Positions 21,304 to 30,487 of a stretch of DNA of 64,000 bases are shown here, in pieces; the stretch's first letter is position 1; each line of letters starts with the position of its first letter. The position numbers and the translations under genes are program-made. Below the pieces are notes generated by a model. The model had not been told where the DNA came from. It saw nothing but the letters and a program-made list of their open reading frames with translations, and did no database searches. The stretch comes from Candidatus Krumholzibacteriota bacterium. GTDB taxonomy: Bacteria; Krumholzibacteriota; Krumholzibacteriia; JAJRXK01. The DNA lies in NCBI GenBank assembly GCA_963727455.1, contig CAVSGG010000005.1, positions 224,001 to 288,000 on the forward strand, written 5' to 3'.

Positions 21304-21319
21304 TGCAAGGGCGGTGCCC
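21304..21319 (-). promoter_or_regulatory. Candidate sigma54 promoter (divergent, leftward)
   Basis: Minus strand GGGCACCGCCCTTGCA, about 89 nt before GTG 21215. Confidence 0.55.
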
Positions 21320-21386
21320 GAAGGCGGAAAGGGCTACAGGCGGCTTTGGCGCGCCGGACCGGGTTGAAATGAGGAATTCGAGAGAG

Positions 21387-21423
21387 GGAGCGTCGGACCC
21401 TTCGGGGGTCCGTCGTTCCTTTT
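21387..21423 (+). terminator. Terminator-like hairpin between the divergent promoters
   Basis: GGAGCGTCGGACCC-TTCG-GGGGTCCGTCGTTCC then TTTT. Confidence 0.5.
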
Positions 21424-21465
21424 GGAGGGGGGCCGAGGATCAGGACGGAGCCTGCCTGCCGAGGA

Positions 21466-21480
21466 TGGCATGGAGATTGC
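21466..21480 (+). promoter_or_regulatory. Candidate sigma54 promoter for the mglA-like gene
   Basis: TGGCATGGAGATTGC, near consensus TGGCAC-N5-TTGC, about 78 nt before ATG 21559. Confidence 0.65.
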
Positions 21481-21558
21481 CCTGATTCTCAGCGCGCGAA
21501 GTCGATCGCTCATCGCCGTGCGTTTGGCGAGAAGCATTCCCGATCCCAGCGAGACACC

Positions 21559-23184
21559 ATGGTCGTCTATAACTACAGCGGCAAGGAAATCAACGCGAAG
21601 ATCGTCTACTACGGCCCTGCACTCAGCGGGAAGACCACCAATCTGGAGTGGATCTATTCGAAAATTCCGCTGGAGTATTCGGGCAAGATGATTTCCCTGA
21701 GGACCCAAACCGACCGCACGATTTTCTTCGATTTTCTTCCTCTGGAACTGGGTCTGATCGACGGTTTCAAGACTCGCTTCATGCTCTACACAGTACCCGG
21801 CCAGGTCTACTACAACGCCACGCGGAAGATGGTGCTCAAAGGAGCCGATGGGGTGGTTTTCGTGGCGGACAGTGAAGAAGGACGGATGCAGGACAACCTG
21901 GAGAGTCTGCAGAACCTCAAGGACAACTTGGCAGAAATCGGTTTGGATCCGGCGACGATCCCGATCGTGCTGCAATGGAACAAGAGGGACCTGCCTTCGA
22001 CGATCGAGACCGAGCAACTCGAACGTCAGCTGAATCCGGAAGGCCATCCGTCGTTCTCCGCTTGCGCACTGACGGGCGAGGGGGTTTACGAATCTCTTCA
22101 CCAGATCAGCCGCATGATCTACCGCAATCTGGCCACCGAGGAAGGCACGGTTCCCCAGGAGAGCCAAAACCTGCAGAGCAGCGCCTCGCTCTTTGGAGAA
22201 GACATCGAGGCTCGACTGCGAGATGTCGATCATCCGGATCCGACCTTGAAGGACTCGGTAAGGCTTCAGGGCCCCTCCACGGTCAAGAACTCCGGTTCGA
22301 AGGGATCGAGTGTGCTGAGTTCGATCCTGGGGAGTCTCCAGCGGCACACTCGAGGCGCCAACGAGCGACCGGAAGAGACTCAAGCTCCCCGGGTAACGCC
22401 CGGCTCATCGGGGGAAGGGGGAGCCCCTAGGGAAACGCAGAACGCGGATGCTCCGTGGCAGGGTACTCCGCGCTCGGAGCAGAGACAGAAGGACGCTGAG
22501 ACGGTGACGGTGGGAACGCGGACGATGGCAGTTGCAGGCGAGGAGGACCCACGGGCCGACTCACACACAGGATTCGAAACGAAAGGTCCACAGACCATGT
22601 CCCAGACGCCCACTCCCTCCGGCGATCCGCTGGGCGAACGGCAAGCCAGTTCCGATTCGATCCAGGACGAACCCACTCGTCCCATCGCGAGTTCGCAGCC
22701 CGAGCAGCCCCCCAAAGCCCCTCTCGTGGACGAAACGGTTGCCGACCTCGTCGACACGCTCTTCTCACCCAAGGAGAGTGCCCCGAGTGGGGATTCCGCC
22801 CAAAACGATGAACTCGCCTACGAATCGGGCTTTGGGCGCATGGTTGATTTGGGGCCGGATTCCCAAGCGGGCAAACGTCCTCCCAAGGACGACGACTTCG
22901 AACTTCCCGAGGATTTGCTGGAATCGGGCGCCTTCACCGCCGTGCCCGCGAAAAAGGAAGAGGAAGAAGAGGAGTCGCTCGAGCTCATCACTGATCCCCG
23001 TAAGAAGCCCATGGATTCCGGTTCGGGACCGGGCATACCGCTGAGTGCGGATTACCAGACAGGGGCCTTCAAGCCGCTTTCGGGGAGCGCCCGTACCATT
23101 GAAGTTCCGATCACTCTCGATGCGGAACTTCTGGACGAGGGCCAGTCGGTTCGGATCGTTCTCAACTTGAAGCTGCAGCGCTGA
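21559..23184 (+). CDS. mglA: MglA-family small Ras-like GTPase with about 350-aa low-complexity C-terminal extension
   Basis: KIVYYGPALSGKTTNL, DRTIFFDF, YTVPGQVYY, GADGVVFVADS and NKRD motifs. Confidence 0.9.
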   Translation: MVVYNYSGKEINAKIVYYGPALSGKTTNLEWIYSKIPLEYSGKMISLRTQTDRTIFFDFLPLELGLIDGFKTRFMLYTVPGQVYYNATRKMVLKGADGVVFVADSEEGRMQDNLESLQNLKDNLAEIGLDPATIPIVLQWNKRDLPSTIETEQLERQLNPEGHPSFSACALTGEGVYESLHQISRMIYRNLATEEGTVPQESQNLQSSASLFGEDIEARLRDVDHPDPTLKDSVRLQGPSTVKNSGSKGSSVLSSILGSLQRHTRGANERPEETQAPRVTPGSSGEGGAPRETQNADAPWQGTPRSEQRQKDAETVTVGTRTMAVAGEEDPRADSHTGFETKGPQTMSQTPTPSGDPLGERQASSDSIQDEPTRPIASSQPEQPPKAPLVDETVADLVDTLFSPKESAPSGDSAQNDELAYESGFGRMVDLGPDSQAGKRPPKDDDFELPEDLLESGAFTAVPAKKEEEEEESLELITDPRKKPMDSGSGPGIPLSADYQTGAFKPLSGSARTIEVPITLDAELLDEGQSVRIVLNLKLQR

Positions 23185-23219
23185 GACGACGCCTATCTCG
23201 CTCACGCCTCGTCTTCGAT

Positions 23220-23252
23220 CGAGCCGGACGCAAGCTGCGCCCGGCTCGTTTT
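23220..23252 (+). terminator. Rho-independent terminator
   Basis: CGAGCCGG...CCGGCTCG followed by TTTT, after the mglA stop. Confidence 0.6.
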
Positions 23253-23274
23253 CCCATTGGATCTCGCGACAGGA

Positions 23275-23303
23275 TTGACAGCGGAGGCGGCCAGCTCTAG
23301 CCT
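23275..23303 (+). promoter_or_regulatory. Candidate sigma70 promoter
   Basis: TTGACA-17 nt-TAGCCT upstream of the TPR-trpA-uppP-moeA run. Confidence 0.5.
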
Positions 23304-23367
23304 GCGCTAGGAGTAACCCAGCTTCCCCTTTTGAGGTCGTGGTCGTTTGTCTGAAGCTCCCCTACGC

Positions 23368-24198
23368 ATGAAGGTCGAGATCCAGGATCCGGTGACACGG
23401 GCCCGTCTGCTCGAGAACGAAGGACGTCTCGAGGAAGCTCTGGAGGTCCTGGCGGCGCTTCCGGAGGGTCCACGCTCCTCGGCAGATGCGTGCTATCGCA
23501 TGGCCCACATATATCTGCAGCAAGGAAAGCTGGAGCAGGCGGAGTCCTGGCTGCGCCAGACTCTCAACTTGCGCTTCGAGGACGCGCGAGCTCATACCAA
23601 TTTGGGCGTGGTTTTGGATCTCCGTGGTCACCATCAGGATGCGATCCGGGCCTTTCGTCGGGCCATCCAGCTCGCACCCGACGAGCCCGCAGCCTATCTC
23701 AACCTGGGTGCGATTTACGGAGAGCTGGGACGCCACGAAGATGCCGTACGCTGCCTGGAACGCTGTCTCGAATTGGCTCCCTCCTACGATGCGATCTTCA
23801 ACCTCGCATTGGTACGTTTGCGACAGGGTGAATTGGCCCCGGCGGAGAGTCTATTGGAGCGTGCACTCCACGAAAGTGGCGATCATCCCCTGGCTCACTA
23901 CTACCTGGGTCTATGCCGTTCACGGCGCGGGCTGCTAAGAGAAGCCGCCGAGGCTTTCGAGGCGGCCCTGGCGTGCAACGAAGATCTCGTGCGCGCACGT
24001 TATCATCTGGGGAAAGTTCATCGTCGCCGGGGCCGCACGCACGATGCAGTGCGGGAACTCAAGAAAGTGGCGCATGCCCTCCCTGACGATGCACAGGTCA
24101 TGCGCGAACTCGGCTTCGCGTACGATGCACTCTCCATGAAGTCGGAGTCGCTGCAGTGTTTTCGTCGCGCACGCATGCTCGACGCGGCGGACAGTTGA
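23368..24198 (+). CDS. TPR protein
   Basis: About 7 canonical TPRs (AHTNLGVVL, AYLNLGAIY, AHYYLG); alternative TTG start at 23347. Confidence 0.85.
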   Translation: MKVEIQDPVTRARLLENEGRLEEALEVLAALPEGPRSSADACYRMAHIYLQQGKLEQAESWLRQTLNLRFEDARAHTNLGVVLDLRGHHQDAIRAFRRAIQLAPDEPAAYLNLGAIYGELGRHEDAVRCLERCLELAPSYDAIFNLALVRLRQGELAPAESLLERALHESGDHPLAHYYLGLCRSRRGLLREAAEAFEAALACNEDLVRARYHLGKVHRRRGRTHDAVRELKKVAHALPDDAQVMRELGFAYDALSMKSESLQCFRRARMLDAADS

Positions 24199-24221
24199 AT
24201 GTCCGCCAGCCAGGACCTTCG

Positions 24222-25037
24222 GTGAACCCACAGAGCAGCAAGTCGCCCCCCTCGGCTCGTGAGGCGCTCCTCGGCGCGCGTGCGCGGGGGCAGTGCGCGC
24301 TCGTTCCCTACTTGACCCTGGGTTACCCTTCGCTCGATGCGAGCCTGGAGCTACTGGAGGGAATCGAGCAGTTGGGGGTGGACGTGGTGGAGTTGGGCGT
24401 TCCCTTCAGCGACCCCGTGGCCGATGGGCCCACCATCCAGCACACCATCGATCGCGCGCTGTCGCAGGGGGTGACCCTGCGGCAGATTTTGGAAACGCTG
24501 AAGTCCTCAACTCATGATACCCCAAGGGTTCTCTTCAGTTACTTCAATCCTCTTCTGAGTTATGGCCTGTCCTCCCTGGCGCCTGCCCTCGTCTCGCGTG
24601 GAGTGGGAGCGACCCTCATCACGGATCTGGTGGTCGAGGAGGCGGACGAGTTCCGCGGTTTGGCCCACGCAGGCGGACTCGAGCTCTGCTTTCTGGTGGC
24701 CTCGACCTCCGACGGTGAGAGGCTGAGGCGGGCCGCCGAGGCCAGTACGGGATTCGTCTATTGCGTGGCGACTATGGGTGTCACGGGGTCGAGGACCAGT
24801 TTGGATGATCGCGCCCGTGAGACGGTGCAGCGTCTGCGAGAGCAGAGTGAAGCACCCGTGGCAGTGGGATTCGGGATCTCCTCGGTGGAGGACGTGCAGC
24901 GAGTGAGAGAATTCGCCGATGGTGCCGTGGTGGGAAGTGCCTTCCTGCGCGCTCTGGGCCAGGAGACTTCGCCGCGGAGCGTTCGTCAGAGAGGGATCGA
25001 ATACTTGGGTCCTTTGCTGGAGGCGGCCCGTGCCTGA
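24222..25037 (+). CDS. trpA: Tryptophan synthase alpha subunit
   Basis: PYLTLGYP, ELGVPFSDPVADGPTIQ, GVTG, VGFGIS and DGAVVGSA motifs. Confidence 0.93.
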   Translation: MNPQSSKSPPSAREALLGARARGQCALVPYLTLGYPSLDASLELLEGIEQLGVDVVELGVPFSDPVADGPTIQHTIDRALSQGVTLRQILETLKSSTHDTPRVLFSYFNPLLSYGLSSLAPALVSRGVGATLITDLVVEEADEFRGLAHAGGLELCFLVASTSDGERLRRAAEASTGFVYCVATMGVTGSRTSLDDRARETVQRLREQSEAPVAVGFGISSVEDVQRVREFADGAVVGSAFLRALGQETSPRSVRQRGIEYLGPLLEAARA

Positions 25038-25821
25038 TCTCGTCAATCTGCCCTTGCTTCTGCTCGCACTGATTCAGGGCGCCACGGAGTTCCTTCCCGT
25101 GAGCAGCAGCGGTCATCTCGCTCTGGTTCAACTCCTCCCCTCGATTCATGCCGGAGGGGTTTTCGAAGACGTGATGTTGCACCTGGGGACTTTGGGCGCG
25201 GTGGTGGTGTTCTATCGCGAGGACCTGAAGGCTCTGCTGCAGGGTCTATTCGTGCGCAGTGCTGCCGGGCGCGAGTCACGGCGTTACCTCGGCCTCATCC
25301 TCTGGGGCAGCGTACCGGCCGGGATCGTGGGCGTGTTGTTCGCGGATCGGGTGGAGAGCGCGTTTGGCCATGTAGGCTTCGTTCTGATTGCGTTAGCGGT
25401 AACGGGTCTTCTCCTGAAACTGAGCGATCGGATTCCGCGGCGGGGATTGCCCCTGAATGCGCGCATCGCCTTCCTGGTGGGATGTGCTCAGGCTTTGGCG
25501 ATTCTCCCCGGTTTCTCGCGCAGCGGGTGGACGATCGTGGCCGGCCTGTACTTGGGATTGGCTCCCAAGGAGAGCGCCCGCTTCAGTTTTTTGCTTTCTG
25601 TCCCCGCCATCCTGGGGGCGACCCTTCTTCAGCTCCTGGCCTACCAGGGCGTCCACAGCCCTTGGGCTTCCCTGGTTCCCGCGATGTTCGTGGCGTTCGT
25701 GGTGGGGTTGCTCTGCCTGAGCTGGCTCGTGCGGCTTGTGCAGTCCATGGCATTGGGGCGTTTCGCTTACTACCTGTGGGCCCTGTGCCTCGGCGTTGCG
25801 CTCGTGCTGATGCTTGCTTAG
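25030..25821 (+). CDS. uppP: Undecaprenyl-diphosphate phosphatase (BacA)
   Basis: QGATEFLPVSSSGHL, PGFSRSG and ARFSFLLSVPAILGA motifs. Confidence 0.95.
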   Translation: MPDLVNLPLLLLALIQGATEFLPVSSSGHLALVQLLPSIHAGGVFEDVMLHLGTLGAVVVFYREDLKALLQGLFVRSAAGRESRRYLGLILWGSVPAGIVGVLFADRVESAFGHVGFVLIALAVTGLLLKLSDRIPRRGLPLNARIAFLVGCAQALAILPGFSRSGWTIVAGLYLGLAPKESARFSFLLSVPAILGATLLQLLAYQGVHSPWASLVPAMFVAFVVGLLCLSWLVRLVQSMALGRFAYYLWALCLGVALVLMLA

Positions 25822-27070
25822 GAATCAACAGATGAGTTCACTGCGTGTGGAAGAAGCCCGTCGCCTTCTCTGGGATACCCTGCAAAAGGGACCCACGCTG
25901 CGCCTTCCTCTCGCCGAGTGCCTGGGGCGCGTGCTTGCGGAGGACCTCACGAGCGATCTGGATTTCCCGCCCTTCGACCGCGTCACCATGGACGGTTATG
26001 CCGTGCGAGCGGAGGATCTGTGCTCCGCCACCCGCGACGAGCCGCTGAGCCTCGAAGTATGCGGCAGCGCCCTCGCGGGTGTGCCTTTTCAAGGAACACT
26101 CGCGGCGGGGCAAGCCGTGAAGGCCATGACCGGGGCAGTTTTGCCCGAGGGCGCCGATGCGGTGGTGCCAGTGGAGGATACCGCCGGCTTTCAGGACACG
26201 CGTGCCATCATCTTCCGAGCACCCTTGCCCGGGGCCAACGTTGCGCGACAGGGCGAGGACTCTCGAAGTGGTGCGGTGATCTTGCGGGCAGGATTGCATC
26301 TCACTAGCCGGCACGTGCAGACCCTGGCTTCGGCAGGACATGCGATGGTGCCCGTAGTGGCGCCGCCGCTGGCAGGGGTTGCTTCGACCGGAGACGAGTT
26401 GGTGGCGATCGAAGAGAAGCCCGGACCGGGACAGATTCGCGAGAGCAACAACGCCTGCGTGCGCGCGTCCTTGGCGGAGTGGGGCATACCCTGCACGGAA
26501 CTGGGTTCTTTCGCCGATGAGAGAGGGAGCCTGAAGAGTGCCCTCCAGGAGGCTTTGAGGCGCTACGAGTTGCTGGTGCTCAGTGGAGGCGTGAGCAAGG
26601 GGGAGAAGGACCTCGTGAAGCCCGTGCTCGAGGAGCTGGGGGTGAGCTTGCGTTTCACCAGTCTGCATCTCAAGCCGGGACACCCCGCGGTCTTCGGCAC
26701 GCACCGCGGCGGAATGGTCTTCGCTCTGCCTGGCAATCCGGTCGCGGTGTTTACGGGACTACGGGCGGTGTTCAGCGCCGGCCTGCGAAAGCGCCTGGGA
26801 TACCGGAGCCCGAAAGCTCCGCGCGCCTGGGGGCGTCTTGGGTTTGATTTCACCCGTAAAGGAAATCGTCCAAATTATTTACCAGTAATACTTGAGGAAA
26901 ATTCTGAAGGAGATCTCCCGCGGGTCCTCTCCACCGCGCACCATGGATCGGGAGATTTTCGCAGCCTGGCCGAGGCGGATGCACTGGCCTGGTTCGACGA
27001 CGAGAAGGTGGCCTTTGCCGAGGGCGAAGTCGTGGAGATCCTGCGTCTGGATCCCCTACACTCGGCCTGA
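25814..27070 (+). CDS. moeA: Molybdopterin molybdotransferase
   Basis: PPFDRVTMDGYAV, MTGAVLPEGADAVV, STGDEL, SGGVSKG and LPGNPV motifs. Confidence 0.95.
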   Translation: MLRNQQMSSLRVEEARRLLWDTLQKGPTLRLPLAECLGRVLAEDLTSDLDFPPFDRVTMDGYAVRAEDLCSATRDEPLSLEVCGSALAGVPFQGTLAAGQAVKAMTGAVLPEGADAVVPVEDTAGFQDTRAIIFRAPLPGANVARQGEDSRSGAVILRAGLHLTSRHVQTLASAGHAMVPVVAPPLAGVASTGDELVAIEEKPGPGQIRESNNACVRASLAEWGIPCTELGSFADERGSLKSALQEALRRYELLVLSGGVSKGEKDLVKPVLEELGVSLRFTSLHLKPGHPAVFGTHRGGMVFALPGNPVAVFTGLRAVFSAGLRKRLGYRSPKAPRAWGRLGFDFTRKGNRPNYLPVILEENSEGDLPRVLSTAHHGSGDFRSLAEADALAWFDDEKVAFAEGEVVEILRLDPLHSA

Positions 27071-27151
27071 GGCTTGACCATCAGGACTTGAAGTTCCGAT
27101 CTTGAGGAGCGCTCTAAGCTCGCTCATTCCTCGATTCTGGAGTAGTCATTC

Positions 27152-28498
27152 ATGCGCCGACCCCTTGCTTCCTTCTTGCCCTCTCGCTCAACGCGTCTCT
27201 CCCTCGTCCTCTTCGTCGTTCTCCTCGCGCAGGGACTGCTCTCCTGTAGTAAGGGCAGCAGCGATGGGGGAACGGATCCGGGAGCCATCTTCAACCGTCC
27301 TCCGCAAGTCTCCGAGGTACAGTGGGACAATCCGTATTCGCTGTATGTCGAGGGAGATCTTCTCAACATGTATGTGGTGGCGAGCGACGCTGATGGAGAC
27401 TCGCTGCGCTATGACTGGGATTGGTTGACGGCTCCAGGAGGCAGCTTTGACAATACCGATAAGGGTAACGTAGCCCTGACTGTAGGGTCGACTCCGGGCA
27501 GTTATCAAGCCAGGGTAACGGTCAGTGATGGAACGACCAGTGTTTCGCGTCTCGTCAGCATGACGGTTGGTACGAAGCTCGATCCCTCGATTGCGGGGAA
27601 CGTTACCTGGGCAGCTGCCGGATCGCCTTATGTTCTCACCCAGGACGTCACGGTTCCGGCGGGGTCCACCCTGACGGTAGAACCCGGCGTTGATCTCCAG
27701 CTCCGCAAACATTTTTCGGGCAACAGTCTCGTAAACTCCGGGATCACGGTCCAGGGGAGCTTGCATGCGGTGGGCACCGAAAGCTCACCCGTAATTTTCG
27801 AGGGCAACGCGAATGGGGATCCCAGCGGCATCACGCAGAGTGGCATCGAGCTCAGGGCACAGGGAGAATTGGAACTGCAGTTCTTCCGGATGGCTCAGGC
27901 ATCGGTGGGAGTGCTGAAGCAGGGCGACAGCAGCTGCCTGATCCAGGATGGTAGATTCAACTCTTGCCAGGAGGCCTACCAGGGGCTCGTCGACGCGAGT
28001 GGAGCACAGACCAGTATCCTCCGCCGGGTGGAGATCCGCGACTGCGGTGGAAACGGGATCTTCCTCAATCAGGGGAAGGTGATTCTGGAGCGGGTTTCGG
28101 TAAGGAATTGCAAGGGAGCTGGCGTCTTTCTCTCGAGCAAACAGGATCTCATCACCACCGACGCCAGTTTGCTGCGCTGTGAGCTGGACAGCAACGAGGG
28201 CGGGAACCTGGTCCTGGACGGGAACGCCACGGTGGATATGGGATGCTCCAACCTCATTCCCGCTAGTGGGGACGGCAAAAACGTATCGTTCCAGGACAAT
28301 AATAAGGCACCGGCTGGCGTGCTCCCCATGACGGATTGCTACTGGGGCCTGCCCTCGCCCCAGAACGAGGAGGCAATCCGAGATGCCACCTTCGAGGGCC
28401 GGCTGAACCAGACCACATGGGCCAGAGAGACCGATTTGAGCGGCTTTCGGGCCGCGGCCATCGATTTCTCCAATCTCTCCGATCCCTGTAACTCCTAG
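27152..28498 (+). CDS. Lipoprotein with Ig-like and right-handed parallel beta-helix domains
   Basis: Lipobox GLLSC; NRPP...DADGDSLRY Ig/PKD-like segment; WAAAGSPYVL...LTVEPGV and G-I-x-L beta-helix repeats. Confidence 0.75.
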   Translation: MRRPLASFLPSRSTRLSLVLFVVLLAQGLLSCSKGSSDGGTDPGAIFNRPPQVSEVQWDNPYSLYVEGDLLNMYVVASDADGDSLRYDWDWLTAPGGSFDNTDKGNVALTVGSTPGSYQARVTVSDGTTSVSRLVSMTVGTKLDPSIAGNVTWAAAGSPYVLTQDVTVPAGSTLTVEPGVDLQLRKHFSGNSLVNSGITVQGSLHAVGTESSPVIFEGNANGDPSGITQSGIELRAQGELELQFFRMAQASVGVLKQGDSSCLIQDGRFNSCQEAYQGLVDASGAQTSILRRVEIRDCGGNGIFLNQGKVILERVSVRNCKGAGVFLSSKQDLITTDASLLRCELDSNEGGNLVLDGNATVDMGCSNLIPASGDGKNVSFQDNNKAPAGVLPMTDCYWGLPSPQNEEAIRDATFEGRLNQTTWARETDLSGFRAAAIDFSNLSDPCNS

Positions 28499-28504
28499 GT
28501 GGAG

Positions 28505-28531
28505 GCGGCGGGACGCGGGTCCCGCCGCTTT
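28505..28531 (+). terminator. Rho-independent terminator
   Basis: Perfect 10-bp stem GCGGCGGGAC-GCGG-GTCCCGCCGC then TTT. Confidence 0.7.
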
Positions 28532-28542
28532 GGCCCCTTCAC

Positions 28543-28558
28543 GGGCATATCCCTTGCA
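28543..28558 (+). promoter_or_regulatory. Candidate sigma54 promoter for the SPFH operon
   Basis: GGGCATATCCCTTGCA just after the terminator, about 87 nt before ATG 28645. Confidence 0.6.
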
Positions 28559-28644
28559 TTCTGGATGAGAGGGGGCCGAGTGGCCCCAGTGCCGCCGTCC
28601 CCGTAGGGAGGGGGCCCTTGGGGGGACCGCCGTTTGGAGACGTC

Positions 28645-29709
28645 ATGGGGATCTTTCTGGAAGTCCTGGAATGGTTCGATGAAACTGGCCAAGAGATGGC
28701 CCACCGCCTTCCGTCCGAAGGCTCAGCGGACATCAAGTTCGGCGCCCAACTCATCGTTCGGGAGAGTCAGCGTGCCGTCTTCTTCAGCGGAGGCAAGGTT
28801 CAAGATGTCTTCGGCCCCGGCCGCCACACTCTGAGCTCCAAGAATCTACCTCTCATCACAAAGGCGCTCAGTCTTCCCTGGGGATTCACGAGTCCCTTCC
28901 GTTGCGAAGTTTACTTTTTGAACGAGAAGACCTTCACCGATTTGAAGTGGGGGACACGCGAGCCGGTCATCTTCCAAGATCGACGCCTGGGCAGTGTGCG
29001 CCTGCGGGCATACGGGCAGACGACCTTTCGCATCGCGGAACCAGAACCCTTCATCCACAAGTTGGTGGGTACTCAAGGCAGCTACACCGCACACGACGCC
29101 ACCGACTATCTGCGTGAAGTGATCGTTGCGCGTCTCAACGACTACCTGGGAGAGAACCTGGGCAGCGTGTTCGACCTACCCGCGCTTTACGACGAGACTG
29201 GTCTCGCGCTCAAAGAGAAGCTCGAGGGCGACTTCTCCAAGTACGGGCTGGAACTGGTGGATTTCTTCGTCACCGCGATCACTCCGCCCGAAGAGGTGGC
29301 GAGCATGGTGGACACGCAGGGGGGGCTCTCCCTCGTGAACGACATGCCACGCTACATGCAATACCAGCTCGCAAGGGCGATCCGAAGAGGTCCTGGCGAC
29401 TCTCAGGGAGCTTCCCCGAGCATGGATGCAAGCATGGGCTTGGGACTTGGGATGTTGGTTCCCGGAATGCTCGCCGGCTCCGGTCTCCCGGCGGCAACTG
29501 CCGTCGCACCCGTGGTCTGTCCCTCCTGCCACGCCGAGGTTGCTCCCTCGCGCTACTGCTCTTCCTGCGGAAAGGCCCTGCAGGCGCAGAGTGCACAGGA
29601 CTCCTTCTGCACCCAATGTGAGCAGAAGCTGCCGCGGGGAGCGAGTTTCTGTCCCGCATGCGGCACGGCAGTCGAGCCCGAAGGATCGGGCCCTTCGAAA
29701 GAGGAATAG
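28645..29709 (+). CDS. SPFH-domain protein with C-terminal double zinc ribbons (YdjI-like)
   Basis: GAQLIVRESQRAVFF, FGPGRHTL, SPFRCEVYF, KWGT, LRAYG; four CxxC motifs at the C-terminus. Confidence 0.88.
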   Translation: MGIFLEVLEWFDETGQEMAHRLPSEGSADIKFGAQLIVRESQRAVFFSGGKVQDVFGPGRHTLSSKNLPLITKALSLPWGFTSPFRCEVYFLNEKTFTDLKWGTREPVIFQDRRLGSVRLRAYGQTTFRIAEPEPFIHKLVGTQGSYTAHDATDYLREVIVARLNDYLGENLGSVFDLPALYDETGLALKEKLEGDFSKYGLELVDFFVTAITPPEEVASMVDTQGGLSLVNDMPRYMQYQLARAIRRGPGDSQGASPSMDASMGLGLGMLVPGMLAGSGLPAATAVAPVVCPSCHAEVAPSRYCSSCGKALQAQSAQDSFCTQCEQKLPRGASFCPACGTAVEPEGSGPSKEE

Positions 29710-29713
29710 CATC

Positions 29714-30487
29714 ATGGCGGTTCTGGTCCGCTGCAACCACTGCGGGGCTCCCCATCGTGTGGTTGCGGCCGGTGAGCGTTTCCGCTGCGACTACTGTCGG
29801 GGCTGGAACTACCTTCAGGGATCCACCGGTTCAGAGGAGCTTGTCTGCCCCACCAGAACCAGCAGCTCGCGCATCAGAGAATCCGTGCTGCGAGATCTGC
29901 GGGAACGCGGTCTCTCTTGCCGAACACTGCGATTGGAAGACAGGATTTCCCTGCCCCTCTGGCAATTGGTTTCCCAGCAGGGGGAGGAGCTGCTCCTGCC
30001 CGGGGCACTACTCGAGGAAGCAGCGATCAGCGGAATGCAGGCGCCTGCATTGGAGCTTGTACCCCGCGATGATCCCCGGGCCGCAGCGATCACAATCGCT
30101 GCTACCGAGCCGGAAATCTCGCGCGAGCAGGCGGAGGCGACCGCCCTGGCGAGTTTTCAGGAACCAGACTCCACTCTGCAAACAGTGCGGCTAATCTGGC
30201 TCTCGCTCGTGCCGGTGCGCATTTCGTTCTCGAGTGGGACGGTGCATCAGGGATTCTATCTCGATGGCGCCGACCGGGTTCTGCTCGGATCACTGCCGGA
30301 TTCAGCCGGTGACGAGTCGCTGCGCATGGAGTTGGCACTCGGACTCGCCGGGTTCTTCCTCGCCTGTCTGGCCGTGGGTGCGCTGTGCCGTGAATGGGGC
30401 ACGCGAATCGTACTCCTTCTCGCCTGCTCCGCGTGTAGTTGGCTGCTCTTTCGATCACTCCTTCCCGCTTGGGGGAGAGAGAAATGA
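29714..30487 (+). CDS. Zn-ribbon protein with two C-terminal TM helices
   Basis: CNHCGAP...CDYC; hydrophobic C-terminal hairpin; starts 4 nt after the SPFH gene stop. Confidence 0.75.
   Translation: MAVLVRCNHCGAPHRVVAAGERFRCDYCRGWNYLQGSTGSEELVCPTRTSSSRIRESVLRDLRERGLSCRTLRLEDRISLPLWQLVSQQGEELLLPGALLEEAAISGMQAPALELVPRDDPRAAAITIAATEPEISREQAEATALASFQEPDSTLQTVRLIWLSLVPVRISFSSGTVHQGFYLDGADRVLLGSLPDSAGDESLRMELALGLAGFFLACLAVGALCREWGTRIVLLLACSACSWLLFRSLLPAWGREK

Noticed and set aside
21270-21370. c-di-GMP-I riboswitch or 6S RNA
   Set aside because: Only fragmentary similarity (GGCAGACC, GCTACAGG); the GAAA-tetraloop P2 and GACGCAAAGC core are absent. The region is better explained by a divergent promoter.
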